Source of the DNA: a virus
Reading direction: 5' to 3' (one strand)
Length of the DNA: 64,000 bases
IMG/VR virus record: IMGVR_UViG_3300029258_004290
Location: 22,915 to 86,914 of that record
Part shown: positions 28,113-37,340 of the stretch, piece by piece
How the letters are laid out: each line of letters opens with the position of its first letter
Numbering within the stretch: position 1 is the stretch's first letter
Notes under the pieces: generated by a model
Database searches by the model: none
Seen by the model: the letters and a program-made list of their open reading frames with translations, nothing else
Told to the model about the DNA's origin: nothing
Position numbers and translations under genes: made by a program

Positions 28113-28556
28113 ATGGCAAAGGCGAAGAAGAAGAAGAAGGAGACCGACGGGGAGGAGGCGGAGGAGCTCGACCAGGCGGCAGCCGAGGCGGCCCTCGACG
28201 GCATCGTCGAGAGCGAGCCCGAGCCCGAGCCCGAGCCCGAGGACGAGGACGAGCCCGACGAGGAAGAGGAAGAGGAAGACGAGGACGAGGTGGACGAGCC
28301 CAAGCCCAGGAAGAGGGACAGAATGGACTTCGTGTCCCAGGCGGAGGCGACCAAGGAGCGGAGGGAAGCGCCGGTGACGGTGAAGAGCCCCGAGCTCCGC
28401 GAGTCGAAGCTCTGGCTCAACAAGCCGGGGTGCGAGGGCCAAATCACGTTCGACGAGTTCGGCGAGGCCACGGTCCCGCAGTACATCGCCGACGAGCTGA
28501 TGCGCATCCACCCGCACGTCACGATCGCCGAGAAGAAGAAGAGAAGCCGGCGCTAG
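28113..28556 (+). CDS. acidic hypothetical protein
   Basis: ORF after capsid; EP and E/D tracts. Confidence 0.7.
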   Translation: MAKAKKKKKETDGEEAEELDQAAAEAALDGIVESEPEPEPEPEDEDEPDEEEEEEDEDEVDEPKPRKRDRMDFVSQAEATKERREAPVTVKSPELRESKLWLNKPGCEGQITFDEFGEATVPQYIADELMRIHPHVTIAEKKKRSRR

Positions 28557-28707
28557 CGCCGGAGGGGGCCTGCGCCCCCGCCATCCCCCGCCCGCCAGAC
28601 CTCCTCTAGCTGGACCGGGCCCAGGGACGCAGACACGCCCCCAAACCGATCGCGGCGGGGGATAGCGGGAACGCAGGACAGCCCACCCACCACACAGGAG
28701 GGACCAC

Positions 28708-30426
28708 ATGCCCAACAAGGACTTCACCCGCGCACAGATCGGCGCCGACGAGGTGCTGGCCTACATCGCGGTCGACACGGACGACGACGGGAAGCCGGAC
28801 GCGATAGGCGTCTGCAACGCCGACGGGTCGTCCGTCGGCACCGCGGCGACCGTCCTCGACGACATGGAGGACGCGGCGCCCTGGTCCGCCATCTCCGGCC
28901 TGGCGGCGGACAACCTGGCCGAGTCCACAACCCACAAGATCGGCTCCAAGTCGCTCGAGTTCGACAAGGCCGCCGGCCACGTGGACGCCGGCGTCGAGCG
29001 GACCTTCAACGTGCCGTTCGACCTCGGGACCGCGGAGGCGACCAGGAAGAGCATCCAGTTCGCGGTCAACCTCTCCAGCCTGACCGACGTCGTCTCGGCG
29101 TGGGTCCGGCTCGGGACCGACGGCAGCAACTACGCCGAGTTCCGGGTCCCGGTCGCGGACCTGGCCAGCGGGTGGAACAGGTGCACCAGGCACCTGCTCG
29201 ACAACGGCTGGACTCAGGCCGGGACCGGGCTCAACACGGCCGCGCTCACCTACCTGGCCGTCGGCGTGGAGTTCTCCGCCGCCGGCGACACGCTCGCCGA
29301 CATCCTCTTCGACAACGTCCTGTTCCTCGAGCACGTCGAAGTGGAGAGCAAGGTGCTCCTATCGACGTCCGTCACCGTAGGCGTCGTCGACGCGAACATG
29401 CGGGACGGCGGCGGGACGGCGCTCACCTCGACGACCGTTGGGGCTGACCGCGCCCTGGACGTCAACGTGGTCCAGGCCGTCGGCGGCGCCGGGCTCGCGA
29501 CTGAGGCGACCCTCGCGTCGATGGCGGCGGCCGTGGCGACGGCGGCGAACCAGGCCACCGGGAACGCGAGCCTGGCGACGGTTGCCGGGGACACGACGTC
29601 GATGGATGGGAAGATGCCGGCGGACCCGGCGCGCGAGGGTGGGAACCTCGCGACCGCGGTCACGCATCTCTCTACCGTCGCGGGGGACACGACGAGCATC
29701 GACGCGAAGGTGTCGACCGCCGCGAACCAAGCGACCGCGAACGGGCTGCTCGCGACGATCGACTCCGACACGAGCGATCTCGCGAGCACGGTCGGGACTT
29801 ACGCGGGAGGGTTCGCCAACAAGCTGCTGGTCGTCGGCGGGCACGACAGCGGTACGCTTCGCGCTCTGGAGCTGGACAGCAACCGGTACCTCCACGTGAC
29901 GGTGAAGGACGCGCCGTATTTCAATGCGTGGGAGGGCGCTGCGAGGCCGGCGTTCGCCGTCCACGACAACGCGCTCGGTGCGTCCACGGGGCTCCACGTC
30001 CTCGGGTCGCGGTACGAGAGCAGCCTGTCGAAGGTGTCCACCGACGGGGACTGGACGCGACAGAAGGCGACGATCGAGGGCATCCCGCTCACGCGGCCGG
30101 AGCACCCGACGTCGACGACGCATGGCGAGACATTCGCGGCGGCGCAGACGGACTACAGCCCGGCCAACGGGAAGTGGGACGCCCCCGGGGCGGGGAAGCG
30201 GCTGGTGATCGTTGGTTACGATTTCTCGGCAGCGGCGGCGCAGGGGTTCTCGCTGCAGGACGAAGACGACAACGAGCTGATCGGAAAGGTCTGGCTGCCC
30301 GCGACCGGCAACAAGGGGAAGGAGAAGTGCTACATCCCCTTGCCGACGAACAAGGCGCTGGAGCTGACGACGGACAACGCGGTTAACCATTCGGCGACAG
30401 TGAGCGTAATCACGGAGCAGGTGTAG
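28708..30426 (+). CDS. putative virion fibre/decoration protein
   Basis: AGGAGG RBS; N-terminal beta-sandwich-like region, internal repeats TAANQAT / TVAGDTTS.D.K. Confidence 0.7.
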   Translation: MPNKDFTRAQIGADEVLAYIAVDTDDDGKPDAIGVCNADGSSVGTAATVLDDMEDAAPWSAISGLAADNLAESTTHKIGSKSLEFDKAAGHVDAGVERTFNVPFDLGTAEATRKSIQFAVNLSSLTDVVSAWVRLGTDGSNYAEFRVPVADLASGWNRCTRHLLDNGWTQAGTGLNTAALTYLAVGVEFSAAGDTLADILFDNVLFLEHVEVESKVLLSTSVTVGVVDANMRDGGGTALTSTTVGADRALDVNVVQAVGGAGLATEATLASMAAAVATAANQATGNASLATVAGDTTSMDGKMPADPAREGGNLATAVTHLSTVAGDTTSIDAKVSTAANQATANGLLATIDSDTSDLASTVGTYAGGFANKLLVVGGHDSGTLRALELDSNRYLHVTVKDAPYFNAWEGAARPAFAVHDNALGASTGLHVLGSRYESSLSKVSTDGDWTRQKATIEGIPLTRPEHPTSTTHGETFAAAQTDYSPANGKWDAPGAGKRLVIVGYDFSAAAAQGFSLQDEDDNELIGKVWLPATGNKGKEKCYIPLPTNKALELTTDNAVNHSATVSVITEQV

Positions 30427-30968
30427 TGAAGGCGCTCGTCGTCTACGAGACGGCAACGGGGATCGTCAAGAAGATCGCGTGGGACCGGGAGGACCCGGGG
30501 ACTGCGGCGCTGCCGGCTGGATGCGATTGGGTCGTCATCGGCGAGTTCGCCACGCGGAAGGACGTCAAGAACCGCTACCTGAACACGGCGGTCGTGGTCC
30601 CGCACACGATCATGGACAAGGACACGCCGGACCTCGTGAAGAAGTGCCGTTACCTGACGATCGAGGCACCGGCGAGTTGTACGGTTGGGGAGCCCGTGAG
30701 CGTGACGGTGAAGGCGTGGAACGCTGATGGTTCTCCTTGCACAGCGAGCGGAACGTATCGCCGGAGGGTGTGGTACGCGAAGACCATGTGGATCGAAACG
30801 CTGGAACGTCCGATCAGCGGAGGCGAAGACACGTGGGGCGGAACAGTCCCAGACAGGCCAACCGTTGAGGGAGAGCCGCACGCGGGAGGGATCGTGGTTG
30901 AGGTCAAGCCGAATTTCGATCTCGCGTACGGTGCGCGGTGCCATATCGACGTGGAGGACCCGGCATGA
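30426..30968 (+). CDS. hypothetical protein
   Basis: TAGTG coupling. Confidence 0.6.
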   Translation: MKALVVYETATGIVKKIAWDREDPGTAALPAGCDWVVIGEFATRKDVKNRYLNTAVVVPHTIMDKDTPDLVKKCRYLTIEAPASCTVGEPVSVTVKAWNADGSPCTASGTYRRRVWYAKTMWIETLERPISGGEDTWGGTVPDRPTVEGEPHAGGIVVEVKPNFDLAYGARCHIDVEDPA

Positions 30969-32137
30969 CGACGCTGACGGTTGGATCGACCGGTGACTAC
31001 TCTACGTTCGGGGACCTGCTGACCTACCTGCGCGGGATAGATCCGCTTGGCGACGACTACACGATCCTCGTGCAAGACGAGACGTTCAACGAGCTGGTCT
31101 ACTGGGACGTGGACAACGGTGGCAACACGGTGACGATCGAGCCAGTGCCGGGGGCGACGCCGATCATCGACGGAGAGAGTACTCGCGACCACGCGATCGA
31201 CATCGAAGGTGGCGGTGGGCTCATCATCAAAAGCATCCAGATGGAGGACACGCTCGGGGGCGCGGTCTGCGTCCACAGCGACGTCACGCAGGCTGTTCAG
31301 GTGCTCGGCTGCTCCTTCTACCGATGCCTCCGCGGCGTGAACGACGGGAACAACGACATGGACCTGCTGGTGCAGGGCTGCTACTTCGAGGACATGGACG
31401 AAGACGCGGTCGACTGCTATTCGTACAACGGGTTGAAGATCATCCGCGGGTGCCATGCACATTGGACGAGCAGCGGGCCCACAGCAGATTTCGGCTTCGA
31501 GTTTGACGGGACCGGGGACGCGAACTGCATCATTGAGGGATGCAGGATAGACACGGACGACGTTACAAAGGGGCCGGCGCACGCCATCTTCGGTGCGAAT
31601 TACACCGTGGACAGATGCAAGGTCTTCAACCCGCGAGGGTCGTTCTTCCGGCCGGGGTGGGGGAGCACGTTCGTTCTGCGCCGATCGCTCGCGTCTGCAA
31701 GCGCAGGATCGTGCTACCACGGGGTCTACTCAACCGGAGGGACAACGTGGACGATCTTGAACTGCCTCATCCGTGGGGCAGGCCGGAGCTACACGGGGGT
31801 CCGCGTCACGGGCGGATCGACGGTGACGATCAAGAACACCGGGTTCCTAGACCTGTCGAGCGACAGCGCAGTGGACACGGATGCTGGAACGACGGTCGAC
31901 AACAGCTACAACGGCTACTACAACTGCGCGACGAAGGTTGGTGGCGGCGGAAGCTGGAACAACCCGGAGACAGGCGAAGTCACGACGGACCCGACGGAGT
32001 ATGGAGACGATGGCGACCTGATCCCAGAGGGCTCTCCGTGGGAGGGGGCCGGGACCGATGTTGGACTTCCGTACCCGGGAACGGCAGCGGACATCGGGTG
32101 CGAAGAGCTGATGCCGGCGAACCTCATGGAGTCATGA
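30965..32137 (+). CDS. right-handed beta-helix protein
   Basis: GGAGG RBS; TVGSTGDYST, PIIDG, repeated V.GC.F / I.GC.I rungs. Confidence 0.7.
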   Translation: MTTLTVGSTGDYSTFGDLLTYLRGIDPLGDDYTILVQDETFNELVYWDVDNGGNTVTIEPVPGATPIIDGESTRDHAIDIEGGGGLIIKSIQMEDTLGGAVCVHSDVTQAVQVLGCSFYRCLRGVNDGNNDMDLLVQGCYFEDMDEDAVDCYSYNGLKIIRGCHAHWTSSGPTADFGFEFDGTGDANCIIEGCRIDTDDVTKGPAHAIFGANYTVDRCKVFNPRGSFFRPGWGSTFVLRRSLASASAGSCYHGVYSTGGTTWTILNCLIRGAGRSYTGVRVTGGSTVTIKNTGFLDLSSDSAVDTDAGTTVDNSYNGYYNCATKVGGGGSWNNPETGEVTTDPTEYGDDGDLIPEGSPWEGAGTDVGLPYPGTAADIGCEELMPANLMES

Positions 32138-32138
32138 C

Positions 32139-33092
32139 ATGAAGAGGATATTGCAGGTCGACGGAGGAGGGATCATGGGGATCATCCCCGCGGTCTTCCT
32201 CGCAGGGCTTGAGGCCCGGCTCCGCGAGAGGGGGATCACGACACCACTGTACGATCTGTTCGATCTCATGTCCGGAAGCAGCACGGGCGCCGTCCTCACG
32301 GCAGCGTTGGCGAGCGGGCTCACGGCCGAGCAGGCATCGAAGATCTACACGGAGGAGGGCGTGGCACTCTTCGCCGACGCGGTCCACCGCAACTGGCGTT
32401 TCCGGCGACCGTGGAGGGGGAAGTACCGCCGGGAGGATTTCGTCGAGGAGTTCCGCCGGCATCTGAGCAAGGGGACGCTTGCCGACCTTCACTGTCGCAT
32501 CATGATAACCGCGGTCTCGATCGTGGACTTCCGAACGCACTACCTCAAGAGCGACGACACACGGAGACCGAGCCGGGGGGGACCGGCGGACGCGGAAATC
32601 CGAGTGATCGACGCCGTTGCCAGAAGCGGACTGAGCGCACCGTACTACTTCAACCCGGTTGACGATCCCGCCGGCAAGCAGGTCTGGATCGACGGCGGGA
32701 GCTTCACGGAGAACTGCTCCGCGGAGGAGTGCGTCATCGAGGCGATCGACCGCGGCTGGCACAACAAGGCGGAGGTCCGGGTCTTGTCCCTGGGGACGGG
32801 GCACTACGACCCGTCGCGGACTTTCGAGAAGGCCGTCAAGGTCGAGTCCTGGGGGACGGTCACCGACTACGTCAACCGGGCGCGGCAGCTGTGCGTGCCC
32901 CGGCAGTTCGAGCGCATGAAGAAGGGGTTGCTCAAGCTGGCCCCCCAGATCAGGGTCATGCGCGTGGACATGCCGGTGCCGAAGGAGGTCAACGTCCTGG
33001 ACGGCGCGGAGCACGCCGAGAAGTACAAGAGCTTCGGCCTGCAGCTGGGCGAGGGCCTGGCCGAGAAGGCCGCCGAGTTCCTGGAGGTGTAG
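32139..33092 (+). CDS. patatin-like phospholipase
   Basis: ILQVDGGGIMG oxyanion loop, FDLMSGSSTG (GxSxG), SAPYYF, IDGG catalytic Asp, VLSLGTG. Confidence 0.92.
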   Translation: MKRILQVDGGGIMGIIPAVFLAGLEARLRERGITTPLYDLFDLMSGSSTGAVLTAALASGLTAEQASKIYTEEGVALFADAVHRNWRFRRPWRGKYRREDFVEEFRRHLSKGTLADLHCRIMITAVSIVDFRTHYLKSDDTRRPSRGGPADAEIRVIDAVARSGLSAPYYFNPVDDPAGKQVWIDGGSFTENCSAEECVIEAIDRGWHNKAEVRVLSLGTGHYDPSRTFEKAVKVESWGTVTDYVNRARQLCVPRQFERMKKGLLKLAPQIRVMRVDMPVPKEVNVLDGAEHAEKYKSFGLQLGEGLAEKAAEFLEV

Positions 33093-33093
33093 G

Positions 33094-33960
33094 ATGCCCA
33101 AGACCGGTCACACGTTCGGCAACTACACGCCGCCCGCGGGGGAGTGGGGCGACGGCCTGACGCCGGACGACATCCGCTACACCTTCCTCTACGGGGTCGA
33201 CCTGGTCGCGAACAACGGCCAGGAGGTCGAGGACGAGCAGCTCCGCTACATGTCCAGGGTCGCCGTCGCGTTCGTGGAGAGGTCGCTCGGCCTCACGATC
33301 CGGAAGAGGATCTTCAAGACCAGGCCGGCTGCTTCGCTCGTCAGGGCGAAGGAGGTCGGCCCCGGCGTCGACTACACGGACGAGGAGGACACGTACGCCT
33401 ACGACTCCGACACGTGGGCGAACGGGTACGCGTTCCTCCAGCTGCGGCACAGGCCGGTCATCTCGGTCGAGAGCGCGGTCCTGAAGTCCCCGGTCGACAC
33501 GGACGTCATCCTGCTGTCGGCCGACAACTGGACCCGCCTGCAGAAGCAGGCCGGCCAGTGCTACTTCTACCCGAGGTCCGGGGTCGGGACGCTCACGCAC
33601 GGGCCGTTCCTCGGGGCGTACGGCACGGTCGTCTCGCGCTTCCGCGGCTACTACCCCGACGGCTACTTCATCGACTACACCGCGGGCTACGAGACGGCGA
33701 ACGACATGCCGGAGGACCTGCGGGAGGCGGTGTCGAAGATCGCCACCGTCGGGACGCTGCAGTGGGTCGGGGACGGCCTGCTCGCCGGCTTCTCGAGCTC
33801 GTCCATCAGCATGGACGGCCTGAGCGAGAGTTTCAGCTCGACGCAGTCCGCGACGAGCGCCTACTTCGGCGCGCGCATCCTCTCGCTCCAGAAGGAGTGG
33901 AAGGAGCTGCTCAAGGAGCTGAAGCGCAAGTACCAAAACCTTCCCATCGAGTTCTGCTAG
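33094..33960 (+). CDS. head-tail adaptor (neck protein)
   Basis: LTPDDIRY.FLYGVDL, LRHRPVISV, IDYTAG...P.DL, SISMDGLSESFSSTQSA. Confidence 0.8.
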   Translation: MPKTGHTFGNYTPPAGEWGDGLTPDDIRYTFLYGVDLVANNGQEVEDEQLRYMSRVAVAFVERSLGLTIRKRIFKTRPAASLVRAKEVGPGVDYTDEEDTYAYDSDTWANGYAFLQLRHRPVISVESAVLKSPVDTDVILLSADNWTRLQKQAGQCYFYPRSGVGTLTHGPFLGAYGTVVSRFRGYYPDGYFIDYTAGYETANDMPEDLREAVSKIATVGTLQWVGDGLLAGFSSSSISMDGLSESFSSTQSATSAYFGARILSLQKEWKELLKELKRKYQNLPIEFC

Positions 33961-33977
33961 GCAAAGGAGAGAGACGC

Positions 33978-34355
33978 ATGATCTTCAACAACAGGCTGGT
34001 GCTCCGGAAGGCGAAGTCCGGCGACCTTAAGCCCGTGCCCGCGAAGGAGGGCGCGATCACCAGGGAGAACGTCGAGGCGAAGATCCAGGCGGTCGACCTG
34101 ATCGTGAAGAACCTCTGCGAGAAGATGGGGCTGTTCCAGATGGAGAACACCTGGACGGACAAGAAGGGCCTCGTCGGACAGTGGGCGACGGTGCGGCGCG
34201 AGCTGGCCGACAAGGCGAGCGCGTGCCTCCGCCGGGAGGCGGACGCCTCCAGGGCGAAGGCCGCGAAGAGGCTCGTCGAGGAGGCGGGGCTCGATCCGGC
34301 CCCGGCGTACGGCGACTCCACGGTCCGCCTCGCGAAGTCCAGGTTCGAGGCCTGA
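33978..34355 (+). CDS. hypothetical protein with LRKA/LAKS sites
   Basis: AAAGGAG RBS; RLVLRKAK at N-terminus, RLAKS at C-terminus. Confidence 0.65.
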   Translation: MIFNNRLVLRKAKSGDLKPVPAKEGAITRENVEAKIQAVDLIVKNLCEKMGLFQMENTWTDKKGLVGQWATVRRELADKASACLRREADASRAKAAKRLVEEAGLDPAPAYGDSTVRLAKSRFEA

Positions 34356-34364
34356 CCGGGGAAC

Positions 34365-35516
34365 ATGCCCTCCGCGCGCTCCGGCATCGACGTCTTCCTG
34401 ACGCAGGAGTCCTACGACAGGCAGATCACCAAGCACGGTCAGTGGGTCCGGTGGCTCCGCTCTCAGCCGTGCTTCTGCATCCTGAACACCGGGCAGCCGG
34501 ACCCGGGGTGCGACAAGTGCGTCGGCCGCGGGAGGCTCTTCTCCCACCAGGAGAGGGCCGCGGTGAAGTCGGAGAACAGCGCGCACGACCTGTCGGAGGT
34601 CCTGCCGACGAACACGCCGGTCACCTCCGTCCAGGCGGTGAGGCGCGGCGTCAACGGGACCGACGAGTACGCCGTGACGGGCTTCACCGACACGAAGGTC
34701 ACGATCGCGGCGACCGCCGCCCTGCCGGAGCTCCCGCGGCCGCACCAGACCCTGGAGGTCGACTACACCTACTCCATGGTCCAGGAGCTGACCCAGGCCC
34801 CGACGTACCGGGGGAACGGCGTCTTCGACGTGGTCCTGCCGCCGGTGCGGACCAGGAACCAGGAGCCGGTCACCGGCGAGGTGGTCTCGGTCTCGAACCT
34901 GGAGAACACGACGAAGGGCGTGACGTACGCTGTCTCGGCGACGGCGCGGAGCGAGATCCACGCGGAGTTCGTCGACCCCGGCGACGAGCCGGCCGCCGGC
35001 GACGCGCTCACGGCGACCTTCAAGTACGCGAACCCTGTCCTGGCGCTCCTGCTGGGGGTCCAGGAGAGGCTTCGCTCGGAGGACCCCTCGCTCGCCATCG
35101 GCGGCGAGGCGGTCATCACGGTCCCCTACAACCTGGCGATCGGGTCGGGCGACCTCATCACGCAGCTGGCAGGCTTCCAGCGCGGCACCGCCGTCCAGGA
35201 GCCGACGCACGGGTCGGACGTCGACGAGATCGCGTCCGCGTTCGAGGTGCACTCGGTCCTGCGGGTCGTGGACGCGGTACGCGACTACGAGGAGGGGACG
35301 GACTTCGTCCTCTGGGGGCGCAACGGGATCAAGTGGGTCCAGGGCGGGAGCAGGCCCGGGGGATACTACTCGATCATGTACAACTACCACCCCACGTTCT
35401 CCGCGCTCCCCGGCCGGCCGATGGTGCGGGCGGGCGAGAACCTCCGGCTGCCGCGGCGCGTCGGGCTCACCGTCTTCGACAAGGTGAGCGCGCGCTTCGA
35501 CGCGGAGGTGAGGTAG
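34365..35516 (+). CDS. neck/head-closure protein
   Basis: W.RS.PCFC...GQPDPGC.KC.GRG motif typical of Twort-like neck proteins. Confidence 0.72.
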   Translation: MPSARSGIDVFLTQESYDRQITKHGQWVRWLRSQPCFCILNTGQPDPGCDKCVGRGRLFSHQERAAVKSENSAHDLSEVLPTNTPVTSVQAVRRGVNGTDEYAVTGFTDTKVTIAATAALPELPRPHQTLEVDYTYSMVQELTQAPTYRGNGVFDVVLPPVRTRNQEPVTGEVVSVSNLENTTKGVTYAVSATARSEIHAEFVDPGDEPAAGDALTATFKYANPVLALLLGVQERLRSEDPSLAIGGEAVITVPYNLAIGSGDLITQLAGFQRGTAVQEPTHGSDVDEIASAFEVHSVLRVVDAVRDYEEGTDFVLWGRNGIKWVQGGSRPGGYYSIMYNYHPTFSALPGRPMVRAGENLRLPRRVGLTVFDKVSARFDAEVR

Positions 35517-36304
35517 TGGCCGAGATCTTCGACCTGCGCCGGCTCGAGGCGAGCATCGCCCCGCTCCTGGCCGCGGGGGAGGCGCTGACCAGGCACGAAC
35601 TGCCGGCGACCAGGCACGCGCTCAAGCGCGCGGCTGCGTACGTCGAGCGGACCTGGATCGACTTCGCCAGCGGGCATCCGATCCCCGGCACGGACCGGAC
35701 GGTCAACAGCACGGAGTACCGCAACGGCATCACCAAGACCCAGGTCGGGCGGTTCGCGTGGATCATCCACAACACGGCCGGCGCCGTCGCCGACAGGGTC
35801 GAGGACGGAACGCCGAAGCGGGACCTCAAGGAGGAGGTCGCCACCTGGCGCCGCCGCCGTGAGACGAACGACGGCCTCGCCTCCTACGCGCACATCCCGT
35901 TCCGGCACAAGGTCGCCGCCATAAAGAAGGCGGCCGCGAAGTCGCCGGGCCTGGCGCGCCGGATCACCCGCATGAAGAAGAGCCGGGTGGTCGGCCGCTA
36001 CAAGGACAAGCGCGGGATCATGCGCAACGCCTACCGGTGGGGGGCCAGGGTCAAGAGCGACCCGGAGCTCGACGTGCCGGCGCGGCTCGTCGGGATGGTG
36101 CGGTTCGAGGCGTCGGCGGGCAAGGCCGGCAGCTCGGTCTACATGACGTTCCGCACGGTGTCGACGCGGAGCCCGGCGGGCACCTGGATCATAAAGAAGA
36201 AGGACGGGGTCCCGATGGTGCAGAAGGTCCGGGAGGCGACCGAGCAGAGAGTCACGCAGATGGTGGCCGAGGGCCTCGACACTGACCTGGGGATGCTGGG
36301 ATGA
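35516..36304 (+). CDS. neck/tail-completion protein
   Basis: TAGTG coupling; VEDGT..RDLK, YAHIPFRH, YMTFRTVS..SP..WI motifs. Confidence 0.7.
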   Translation: MAEIFDLRRLEASIAPLLAAGEALTRHELPATRHALKRAAAYVERTWIDFASGHPIPGTDRTVNSTEYRNGITKTQVGRFAWIIHNTAGAVADRVEDGTPKRDLKEEVATWRRRRETNDGLASYAHIPFRHKVAAIKKAAAKSPGLARRITRMKKSRVVGRYKDKRGIMRNAYRWGARVKSDPELDVPARLVGMVRFEASAGKAGSSVYMTFRTVSTRSPAGTWIIKKKDGVPMVQKVREATEQRVTQMVAEGLDTDLGMLG

Positions 36305-37032
36305 TCTTCAAGTTCGCGGCGCGGGAGAACATCAAGTCCGACACGATCGACGCGCTCAAGGCCTACCTGCACGACGCCGACGGCATCGGGTGGAAGGAGC
36401 TCTTCCCCCACCACAGCCCGGTCCGCGTCGAGGCGACGCACCCCTTCGCCAGGATCAACGCGGCGAAGATCGCGGGCCAGGCGGAGCCGGCCGGGCTGTT
36501 CCCCTCGGTGACCGTGAGCGTGACCAGCGAGACGGACGCGGAGCAGCTGCTGGCGTTCTCGAACCAGGTCGCGACGGTGACTGAGGCGATCATACAGGGC
36601 TGGATCGGCCTGGAGGCGCACCAGCGGCTCCTGTCGAAGGCGCGGCTGCAGCAGCTCCTTGCAGCGGCGCAGGGCAAGGGGGGCCAGGTCTTCGCGGAGG
36701 TGAAGACCCGGCACTTCACGCAGCAGGTCGCGTTCTCCGTTTGGTCGGAGAACGACGCGGTCTCCGACTCGCTCTACTACGCGACCAAGGCGTTCATCGA
36801 GCAGAACCTGGAGACGTTCTCCGACGCCGGCATGGAGAACCTGGCCCTGAGCGGGTCGCCGAACGGCATCTACAGCGTCGACACCGGGCGCGTCCTCTAC
36901 GGGGGCGAGCTCATGCTGTCCGGCACGAACCGGACGGAGGCTTACTACATAGACACGGAGTGGACCCAGTCGACGGTCATCAAGCACTCCGCGGCGAACA
37001 ACGACATCCAGAACGTTGACTGGAACCCCTGA
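36301..37032 (+). CDS. putative tail terminator
   Basis: Position before sheath; FPSVTV, FSVWSEN motifs. Confidence 0.6.
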   Translation: MIFKFAARENIKSDTIDALKAYLHDADGIGWKELFPHHSPVRVEATHPFARINAAKIAGQAEPAGLFPSVTVSVTSETDAEQLLAFSNQVATVTEAIIQGWIGLEAHQRLLSKARLQQLLAAAQGKGGQVFAEVKTRHFTQQVAFSVWSENDAVSDSLYYATKAFIEQNLETFSDAGMENLALSGSPNGIYSVDTGRVLYGGELMLSGTNRTEAYYIDTEWTQSTVIKHSAANNDIQNVDWNP

Positions 37033-37046
37033 CGGAGGAGGGCGCA

Positions 37047-37325
37047 ATGAGCGGAAAGATCCTAGGGAAGAAGCGTAAGGCGGAAGAGGCCGAGCCGGCC
37101 GCGGCCGCCGACGAGAAGGAGCCCGTCGAAAAGGAGGCGAAGCCGGCGGAGCCGGACGCGCCGCCCGAGGGGCCGGTGAAGCTCGACGTCTACCTGGCGT
37201 ACACGCCGATGGACAAGTACCTGAAGGCGCTGCTGCGGCAGGCGCACGGGACCGAGCTGCACGACATGCGCGAGTGGTCCGAGCTGGCCAAGGCGGCCAC
37301 GGCGCAGGAACACAGAAGCGACTAA
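37047..37325 (+). CDS. hypothetical protein
   Basis: GGAGGAGG RBS. Confidence 0.65.
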   Translation: MSGKILGKKRKAEEAEPAAAADEKEPVEKEAKPAEPDAPPEGPVKLDVYLAYTPMDKYLKALLRQAHGTELHDMREWSELAKAATAQEHRSD

Positions 37326-37340
37326 GGAGGAAACCAGGCC

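Noticed and set aside
28213-28290. GAGCCC and GAGGAA short tandem repeats
   Set aside because: They encode a low-complexity EP/E-D linker; no evidence for phase variation
32139-33092. CBASS defence operon
   Set aside because: No CD-NTase or Cap2/Cap3 neighbours; flanks are virion genes
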